From assembly GCA_964016885.1 (NCBI GenBank), contig OZ024752.1, positions 16,244,001-16,308,000 on the forward strand: 64,000 nt of DNA, written 5' to 3'. The notes beneath the pieces are model-generated. The model did no database searches. It was not told the origin of the DNA and saw nothing but the letters and a program-made list of their open reading frames with translations. A program made the translations under genes and the position numbers. Positions within the stretch are counted from its first letter, which is position 1, and the number at the start of each line of letters is the position of its first letter. This document shows positions 51,901 to 64,000 of the stretch, piece after piece. The stretch comes from Eledone cirrhosa. Lineage: Eukaryota.

Positions 51901-54900
51901 TGTAGATATACCACCTAGACAACACTAGATATACCATCTAGACAACACTAGATATACCACCTAGACAACACTAGATATACCACCTAGACAACACTAGATA
52001 TACCACCTAGACAGCATTAGATATACCACCTAGACAGCACTAGATATACCACCTATACAACACTAGGTATACCACCTAGACAACACTGTAGATATACCAT
52101 CTAGACAACACTAGATATACCACCTAGACAGCATTAGATATACCACCTATACAACACTAGATATACCACCTAGGCAACACTATAGATATACCACCTAGAC
52201 AACACTGTAGATATACCACCTAGACAATACTAGATATACCACCTATACAACACTAGATATACCACCTAGACAACACTAGATATACCACCTAGACAGCACT
52301 AGATATACCACCTAGACAACACTGTAGATATACCACCTAGACAACACTAGATATACCACCTAGACAACACTAGATATACCACCTAGACAACACTGTAGAT
52401 ATACAACCTAGGCAACACTAGATATACCACCGAGACAACACTAGATGTACCACCTAGACAACACTAGATATACCACCTAGCCAACACTGTAGATATGCCA
52501 CCTAGACAACACTAGATATACCACCTAGACAACACTGTAGATATACCACCTAGACAACACTAGATATACCACCTAGACAACACTAGATATACCACCTAGA
52601 CAACACTGTAGATATACCTCCTAGACAACACTGTAGATATACCACCTAGACAACACTGTAGATATACCACCTAGGCAACACTAGATATACCACCTAGACA
52701 ACACTAGATATACCACCTAGACAACAGTAGATATACCACTTAGACAACACTAGATATACCACCTAGACAACACTGTAGATATACCACCTAGACAACACTA
52801 GATATACCAGCTAGACAACACAAGATATACCACCTAGACAACACTAGATATACCACCTAGACAACACTAGATATACCACCTAGACAACACTAGATATACC
52901 ACCTAGACAACACTAGATATACCACCTACACAACACTAGATATACCACCTAAACAACACTAGATATACCACCTAGACAACACTGTAGATATACCACCTAG
53001 GCAACACTAGATATACCACCTAGACAACACTAGATATACCACCGAGACAGCACTAGATATACCACCTAGACAACACTGTAGATATACCACCTAGACAACA
53101 CTAGATATACCACCTAGACAACACTAGATATACCACCGAGACAACACTAGATATACCACCTAGACAACACAAGATATACCACCTAGACAACACTGTAGAT
53201 ATACCACCTAGACAACACTAGATATACCACCTAGACAACAGTAGATATACCACCTAGAAAACACTAGATATACCACCTAGACGACACTAGATATACCACC
53301 TAGACAACACTAGATATACCACCTAGACATCATTAGATATACCACCTAGACAGCACTAGATATACCACCTAGACAACACTGTAGATATACCACCTAGACA
53401 ACATTAGATATACCACCTAGACAACACTGTAGATATACCACCTAGACAACACTAGATATACCATCTAGACAACACTAGATATACCACCTAGACAACACTA
53501 GATATACCACCTAGACAACACTAGATATACCACCTAGACAGCATTAGGTATACCACCTAGACAGCACTAGATATACCACCTATACAACACTGTAGATATA
53601 CCACCTAGACAACATTAGATATACCACCTAGACAACACTGTAGATATACCACCTAGACAACACTAGATATACCATCTAGACAACACTAGATATACCACCT
53701 AGACAACACTAGATATACCACCTAGACAACACTAGATATACCAGCTAGACAACACTAGATATACCACCTAGATAACACTAGATATACCACCTAAACAGCA
53801 CTAGATATACCACCTAGACAACAGTAGATATACCACCTAGACAACACTTGATATACCACCTAGACAACACTGTAGATATACCACCTAGACAACACTAGAT
53901 ATACCACCTAGACAGCATTAGATATACCACCTAGACAGCACTAGATATACCACCTAGACAACACTGTAGATATACCACCTAGACAACACTGTAGATATAC
54001 CATCTAGACAACACTAGATATACCACCTAGACAGCATTAAATATACCACCTATACAACACTAGATATACCACCTAGACAACACTATAGATATACCACCTA
54101 GACAACACTGTAGATATACCACCTAGACAACACTAGATATACCACCTATACAACACTAGATATACCAGCTAGACAACACTAGATATACCACCTAGACAGC
54201 ACTAGATATACCACCTAGACAACACTGTAGATATACCACCTAGACAACACTAGATATACCACCTAGACAACACTAGATATACCACCTAGACAACACTGTA
54301 GATATACAACCTAGACAACACTAGATATACCACCGAGACAACACTAGATATACCACCTAGACAACACTAGATATACCAACTAGACAACACTAGATATACC
54401 ACCTAGCCAACACTGTAGATATGCCACCTAGACAACACTAGATATACCACCTAGATAACACTGTAGATATACCACCTAGACAACACTAGATATACCACCT
54501 AGACAACACTAGATATACCACCTAGACAACACTGTAGATATACCACCTAGACAACACTGTAGATATACCACCTAGACAACACTGTAGATATACCACCTAG
54601 GCAACACTAGATATACCACCTAGACAACACTAGATATACCACCTAGACAACAGTAGATATACCACCTAGACAACACTAGATATACCACCTAGACAACACT
54701 AGATATACCACCTAGACAACACTGTAGATATACCACCTAGACAACACTAGATATACCACCTAGACAGTACTAGATATACCACCTAGACAGCACTAGATAT
54801 ACCACCTAGACAACACTGTAGATATACCACCTAGACTACACTGTAGATATACCACCTAGACAACACTAGATATACCATCTAGACAACACTAGATATACCA

Positions 54901-57900
54901 CCTAGACAACACTAGATATACCACCTAGACAACACTAGATATACCACCTAGACAGCATTAGATATACCACCTAGACAGCACTAGATATACCACCTATACA
55001 ACACTAGGTATACCACCTAGACAACACTGTAGATATACCATCTAGACAACACTAGATATACCACCTAGACAGCATTAGATATACCACCTATACAACACTA
55101 GATATACCACCTAGGCAACACTATAGATATACCACCTAGACAACACTGTAGATATACCACCTAGACAATACTAGATATACCACCTATACAACACTAGATA
55201 TACCACCTAGACAACACTAGATATACCACCTAGACAGCACTAGATATACCACCTAGACAACACTGTAGATATACCACCTAGACAACACTAGATATACCAC
55301 CTAGACAACACTAGATATACCACCTAGACAACACTGTAGATATACAACCTAGGCAACACTAGATATACCACCGAGACAACACTAGATGTACCACCTAGAC
55401 AACACTAGATATACCACCTAGCCAACACTGTAGATATGCCACCTAGACAACACTAGATATACCACCTAGACAACACTGTAGATATACCACCTAGACAACA
55501 CTAGATATACCACCTAGACAACACTAGATATACCACCTAGACAACACTGTAGATATACCTCCTAGACAACACTGTAGATATACCACCTAGACAACACTGT
55601 AGATATACCACCTAGGCAACACTAGATATACCACCTAGACAACACTAGATATACCACCTAGACAACAGTAGATATACCACCTAGACAACATTAGATATAC
55701 CACCTAGACAACAGTAGATATACCACCTAGACAACACTAGATATACCACCTAGACAACACTAGATATACCACCTAGACAACACTAGATATACCACCTAGA
55801 CAACACTGTAGATATACCACCTAGACAACACTAGATATACCACCTAGACAGCACTAGATATACCACCTAGACAACAGTAGATATACCACCTAGACAACAC
55901 TGTAGATATACCACCTAGACAACACTAAATATACCACCTAGACAACACTAGATATACCACCTAGACAACACTAGATATACCACCTAGACAACACTAGATA
56001 TACCACCTAGACAACAGTAGATATACCACCTAGACAACACTAGATATACCACCTAGACAACACTAGATATACCACCTAGACAACACTGTAGATATACCAC
56101 CTAGACAACACTAGATATACCACCTAGACAGCACTAGATATACCACCTAGACAGCACTAGATATACCACCTAGACAACACTGTAGATATACCACCTAGAC
56201 AACACTGTAGATATACCACCTAGACAACACTAGATATACCACCTAGACAACACTAGATATACCACCTAGACAACACTGTAGATATACCACCTAGTCAACA
56301 CTAGATATACCACCTAGACAACACTAGATATACCACCTAGACAACAGTAGATATACCACCTAGACAACACTAGATATACCACCTAGGCAACACTAGATAT
56401 ACCACCTAGGCAACAGTAGATGTACCACCTAGACAACACTAGATATACCACCTAGACAACACTAGATATACCACCTAGACAACACTAGATATACCACCTA
56501 GACAACACTAGATATACCACCTAGACAACACTAGATATACCACCTAGACAACAGTAGATATGCCACCTAGACAACACTAGATATACCACCTAGACAACAC
56601 TGTAGATATACCACCTAGACAACACTAAATATACCACCTAGACAACACTAGATATACCACCTAGACAACACTAGATATACCACCTAGACAACACTAGATA
56701 TACCACCTAGACAACAGTGGATATACCACCTAGACAACACTTGATATATCACCTACACAACACTAGATATACCACCTAGACAACACTAGATATACCACCG
56801 AGACAACACTAGATATACCACCTTGACAACACTAGATATACCACCTAGACAACACTGTAGATATACCACCTACTCAACACTAGATATACCAGCTAGACAA
56901 CACTGTAGATATACCACCTAGACAACACTAGATATACCACCTAGACAACACTAGATATACCACCTAGACAACACTAGATATACCACCTAGACAACGCTGT
57001 AGATATACCACCTAGACAGCACTAGATATAGCACCTAGACAACACTAGATATACCACCTTGACAACACTAGATATACCACCTAGACAACACTAGATATAC
57101 CACCTAGACAACACGAGATATACCACCTTGACAACAGTAGATATACCACCTAGAAAACACTAGAAATACCACCTAGACAACACTAGATATACCACCTAGA
57201 CAACAGTAGATATACCACCTAGACAACACTAGATATACCACCTAGACAACACTGTAGATATACCACCTAGACAACACTAGATATACCACCTAGACAACAC
57301 TAGATATACCACCTAGACAACACTGTAGATATACCAGCTAGACATAACTAGATGTACTACCTAGACAACACTGTAGATATACCACCTAGACAACACTAGA
57401 TATACCACCGAGACAACACTAGATATACCACCTTGACAACACTAGATATACCACCTAGACAACACTAGATATACCACCTAGACAACACTGTAGATATACC
57501 ACCTAGACAACACTAGATATACCAGCTAGACAACACTGTAGATATACCACCTAGACAACACTAGATATACCACCTAGACAACACTAGATATACCACCTAG
57601 ACAACACTAGATATACCACCTAGACAACAGTAGATATACCACCTAGACAACACTAGATATACCACCTAGACAACACTATATATACCACCTAGACAACACT
57701 AGATATAGCACCTAGACAACAGTAGATATACCACCTAGACAACACTAGATATACCACCTAGACAACACTGTAGATATACCACTTAGACAACACTAGATAT
57801 ACCACCTAGACAACACTAGATATACCTCCTAGACAACACTGTAGATATACCAGCTAGACAACACTAGATGTACCACCTAGACAACACTGTAGATATACCA

Positions 57901-60900
57901 CCTAGACAACACTAGATATACCGCCGAGACAACACTAGATATACCACCGAGACAACACTAGATATACCACCTAGACAACACTGTAGATATACCACCTAGA
58001 CAACACTAGATATACCAGCTAGACAACACTGTAGATATACCACCTAGACAACGCTAGATATACCACCTAGACAACACTAGATATACCACCTAGACAACAC
58101 TAAATATACCACCTAGACAATGCTGTAGATATACCACCTAGACAACACTAGATATAGCACCTAGACAACACTAGATATACCACCCTGACAACACTAGATA
58201 TACCACCTAGACAACACTAGATATACCACCTAGACAACACTAGATATACCACCTTGACAACAGTAGATATACCACCTAGACAACACTAGATATACCACCT
58301 AGAAATCACTCTAGATATACCACCTAGACAACACTAGATATACCACCTAGACAACACTCTAGATATACCACCTAGACAACACTAGATATAGCACCTAGAC
58401 AACACTAGATATACCACCTAGACAACAGTAGATATAGCACCTAGACAACACTAGATATACCACCTAGACAACAGTAGATATACCACCGAGACAACACTAG
58501 ATATACCACCTAGACAACACTAGATATACCACCTAGACAACACTAGATATACCACCTAGACAACAGTGGATATACCACCTAGACAACACTTGATATATCA
58601 CCTACACAACACTAGATATACCACCTAGACAACACTAGATATACCACCGAGACAACACTAGATATACCACCTTGACAACACTAGATATACCACCTAGACA
58701 ACACTGTAGATATACCACCTACTCAACACTAGATATACCAGCTAGACAACACTGTAGATATACCACCTAGACAACACTAGATATACCACCTAGACAACAC
58801 TAGATATACCACCTAGACAACACTAGATATACCACCTAGACAACGCTGTAGATATACCACCTAGACAGCACTAGATATAGCACCTAGACAACACTAGATA
58901 TACCACCTTGACAACACTAGATATACCACCTAGACAACACTAGATATACCACCTAGACAACACGAGATATACCACCTTGACAACAGTAGATATACCACCT
59001 AGACAACACTAGAAATACCACCTAGACAACACTAGATATACCACCTAGACAACAGTAGATATACCACCTAGACAACACTAGATATACCACCTAGACAACA
59101 CTGTAGATATACCACCTAGACAACACTAGATATACCACCTAGACAACACTAGATATACCACCTAGACAACACTGTAGATATACCAGCTAGACATAACTAG
59201 ATGTACTACCTAGACAACACTGTAGATATACCACCTAGACAACACTAGATATACCACCGAGACAACACTAGATATACCACCTTGACAACACTAGATATAC
59301 CACCTAGACAACACTAGATATACCACCTAGACAACACTGTAGATATACCACCTAGACAACACTAGATATACCACCTAGACAACACTTGATATATCACCTA
59401 CACAACACTAGATATACCACCTAGACAACACTAGATATACCACCGAGACAACACTAGATATACCACCTTGACAACACTAGATATACCACCTAGACAACAC
59501 TGTAGATATACCACCTACTCAACACTAGATATACCAGCTAGACAACACTGTAGATATACCACCTAGACAACACTAGATATACCACCTAGACAACACTAGA
59601 TATACCACCTAGACAACACTAGATATACCACCTAGACAACGCTGTAGATATACCACCTAGACAGCACTAGATATAGCACCTAGACAACACTAGATATACC
59701 ACCTTGACAACACTAGATATACCACCTAGACAACACTAGATATACCACCTAGACAACACGAGATATACCACCTTGACAACAGTAGATATACCACCTAGAA
59801 AACACTAGAAATACCACCTAGACAACACTAGATATACCACCTAGACAACAGTAGATATACCACCTAGACAACACTAGATATACCACCTAGACAACACTGT
59901 AGATATACCACCTAGACAACACTAGATATACCACCTAGACAACACTAGATATACCACCTAGACAACACTGTAGATATACCAGCTAGACATAACTAGATGT
60001 ACTACCTAGACAACACTGTAGATATACCACCTAGACAACACTAGATATACCACCGAGACAACACTAGATATACCACCTTGACAACACTAGATATACCACC
60101 TAGAGAACACTAGATATACCACCTAGACAACACTGTAGATATACCACCTAGACAACACTAGATATACCAGCTAGACAACACTGTAGATATACCACCTAGA
60201 CAACACTAGATATACCACCTAGACAACACTAGATATACCACCTAGACAACACTAGATATACCACCTAGACAACAGTAGATATACCACCTAGACAACACTA
60301 GATATACCACCTAGACAACACTATATATACCACCTAGACAACACTAGATATAGCACCTAGACAACAGTAGATATACCACCTAGACAACACTAGATATACC
60401 ACCTAGACAACACTGTAGATATACCACTTAGACAACACTAGATATACCACCTAGACAACACTAGATATACCTCCTAGACAACACTGTAGATATACCAGCT
60501 AGACAACACTAGATGTACCACCTAGACAACACTGTAGATATACCACCTAGACAACACTAGATATACCGCCGAGACAACACTAGATATACCACCGAGACAA
60601 CACTAGATATACCACCTAGACAACACTGTAGATATACCACCTAGACAACACTAGATATACCAGCTAGACAACACTGTAGATATACCACCTAGACAACGCT
60701 AGATATACCACCTAGACAACACTAGATATACCACCTAGACAACACTAAATATACCACCTAGACAATGCTGTAGATATACCACCTAGACAACACTAGATAT
60801 AGCACCTAGACAACACTAGATATACCACCCTGACAACACTAGATATACCACCTAGACAACACTAGATATACCACCTAGACAACACTAGATATACCACCTT

Positions 60901-63900
60901 GACAACAGTAGATATACCACCTAGACAACACTAGATATACCACCTAGAAATCACTCTAGATATACCACCTAGACAACACTAGATATACCACCTAGACAAC
61001 ACTCTAGATATACCACCTAGACAACACTAGATATAGCACCTAGACAACACTAGATATACCACCTAGACAACAGTAGATATAGCACCTAGACAACACTAGA
61101 TATACCACCTAGACAACAGTAGATATACCACCGAGACAACACTAGATATACCACCTAGACAACACTAGATATACCACCTAGACAACACTAGATATACCAC
61201 CTAGACAACAGTGGATATACCACCTAGACAACACTTGATATATCACCTACACAACACTAGATATACCACCTAGACAACACTAGATATACCACCGAGACAA
61301 CACTAGATATACCACCTTGACAACACTAGATATACCACCTAGACAACACTGTAGATATACCACCTACTCAACACTAGATATACCAGCTAGACAACACTGT
61401 AGATATACCACCTAGACAACACTAGATATACCACCTAGACAACACTAGATATACCACCTAGACAACACTAGATATACCACCTAGACAACGCTGTAGATAT
61501 ACCACCTAGACAGCACTAGATATAGCACCTAGACAACACTAGATATACCACCTTGACAACACTAGATATACCACCTAGACAACACTAGATATACCACCTA
61601 GACAACACGAGATATACCACCTTGACAACAGTAGATATACCACCTAGACAACACTAGAAATACCACCTAGACAACACTAGATATACCACCTAGACAACAG
61701 TAGATATACCACCTAGACAACACTAGATATACCACCTAGACAACACTGTAGATATACCACCTAGACAACACTAGATATACCACCTAGACAACACTAGATA
61801 TACCACCTAGACAACACTGTAGATATACCAGCTAGACATAACTAGATGTACTACCTAGACAACACTGTAGATATACCACCTAGACAACACTAGATATACC
61901 ACCGAGACAACACTAGATATACCACCTTGACAACACTAGATATACCACCTAGACAACACTAGATATACCACCTAGACAACACTGTAGATATACCACCTAG
62001 ACAACACTAGATATACCAGCTAGACAACACTGTAGATATACGACCTAGACAACACTAGATATACCACCTAGACAACACTAGATATACCACCTAGACAACA
62101 CTAGATATACCACCTAGACAACAGTAGATATACCACCTAGACAACACTAGATATACCACCTAGACAACACTATATATACCACCTAGACAACACTAGATAT
62201 AGCACCTAGACAACAGTAGATATACCACCTAGACAACACTAGATATACCACCTAGACAACACTGTAGATATACCACTTAGACAACACTAGATATACCACC
62301 TAGACAACACTAGATATACCTCCTAGACAACACTGTAGATATACCAGCTAGACAACACTAGATGTACCACCTAGACAACACTGTAGATATACCACCTAGA
62401 CAACACTAGATATACCACCGAGACAACACTAGATATACCACCGAGACAACACTAGATATACCACCTAGACAACACTGTAGATATACCACCTAGACAACAC
62501 TAGATATACCAGCTAGACAACACTGTAGATATACCACCTAGACAACGCTAGATATACCACCTAGACAACACTAGATATACCACCTAGACAACACTAAATA
62601 TACCACCTAGACAATGCTGTAGATATACCACCTAGACAACACTAGATATAGCACCTAGACAACACTAGATATACCACCCTGACAACACTAGATATACCAC
62701 CTAGACAACACTAGATATACCACCTAGACAACACTAGATATACCACCTTGACAACAGTAGATATACCACCTAGACAACACTAGATATACCACCTAGACAA
62801 CACTAGATATACCACCTAGACAACACTGTAGATATACCAGCTAGACAACACTAGATGTACCACCTAGACAACACTGTAGATATACCACCTAGACAACACT
62901 AGATATACCACCGAGACAACACTAGATATACCACGTTGACAACACTAGATATACCACCTAGACAACACTAGATATACCACCTAGACAACACTAGATATAC
63001 CACCTAGACAACGCTGTAGATATACCACCTAGACAACACTAGATATAGCACCTAGACAACACTAGATATACCACCTTGACAACACTAGATATACCACCTA
63101 GACAACACTAGATATACCACCTAGACAACACTAGATATACCACCTTGACAACAGTAGATATACCACCTAGACAACACTATATATACCACCTAGACAACAC
63201 TAGATATACCACCTAGACAACAGTAGATATACCACCTAGACAACACTAGATATACCACCTAGACAACACTGTAGATATACCACCTAGACAACACTAGATA
63301 TACCACCTAGACAACACTAGATATACCACCTAGACAACACTAGATATACCACCTAGACAACACTGTAGATATACCACCTAGACAACACTAGATATACCAC
63401 CTAGAAAACAGTAGATATACCACCTAGACAACACTGTAGATATACCACCTAGACAACACTGTAGATATACCACCTAGACAACACTGTAGATATACCATCT
63501 AGACAACACTAGATGTACCACCTAGACAACACTGTAGATATACCACCTAGACAACACTAGATATACCACCGAGACAACACTAGATATACCACCTTGACAA
63601 CACTAGATATACCACCTAGACAACACTAGATATACCACCTAGACAACACTAGATATATCACCTAGACAACACTGTAGATATACCACCTAGACAACACTAG
63701 ATATACCAGCTAGACAACACTGTCGATATACCACCTAGACAACACTAGATATACCACCTAGAAAACACTAGATATACCACCTAGACAACACTAGATATAC
63801 CACCTAGACAACACTGTAGATATACCACCTAGACAACACTAGATATACCACCTAGACAACACTAGATATACCACCTAGACAACACTAGATATACCACCTA

Positions 63901-64000
63901 GACAACAGTAGATATACCACCTAGACAACACTAGATATTCCACCTAGACAACACTAGATATACCACCTAGACAACACTAGATATAGCACCTAGATAACAG
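45955..64000. repeat. 23/25-bp tandem satellite TAGATATACCACCTAGACAACAC(TG), >18 kb, continues past the window end
   Basis: Continuous array. The monomer is itself a dimer of TAGATATACCACC and TAGACAACAC. Diagnostic variants recur at kb-scale periods. Confidence 0.99.

Noticed and set aside
45955-64000. Telomerase-made long telomeric repeat
   Set aside because: The C-rich strand runs toward the right end (wrong polarity), and variants are inherited in kb-scale blocks, indicating recombinational amplification.

Overview
Eukaryotic, AT-rich, repeat-saturated DNA with no convincing host protein-coding gene. The SINE families and long (TA)n/(CA)n/(GA)n runs resemble octopus genomic DNA (recalled, not searched). 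Positions 1-20.9 kb are a mosaic of retroelements. They include two GIY-YIG Penelope-like element (PLE) 3' ends and several further PLE tails carrying minimal type I hammerhead ribozymes, a decayed L1/Tx1-type LINE sitting inside a (GATA)n microsatellite, RTE fragments, tRNA-derived SINEs, a non-autonomous Helitron and several fold-back palindromes. Positions 20.9-42.2 kb are a 27-bp satellite of about 790 units that appears to have grown out of the middle of a single SINE copy, whose two halves still flank it. After a 3.7-kb spacer (hAT MITE, SINEs), a 23/25-bp satellite with two higher-order-repeat domains runs from 45.95 kb off the end of the window. The giant minus-strand ORFs are by-products of the satellite.
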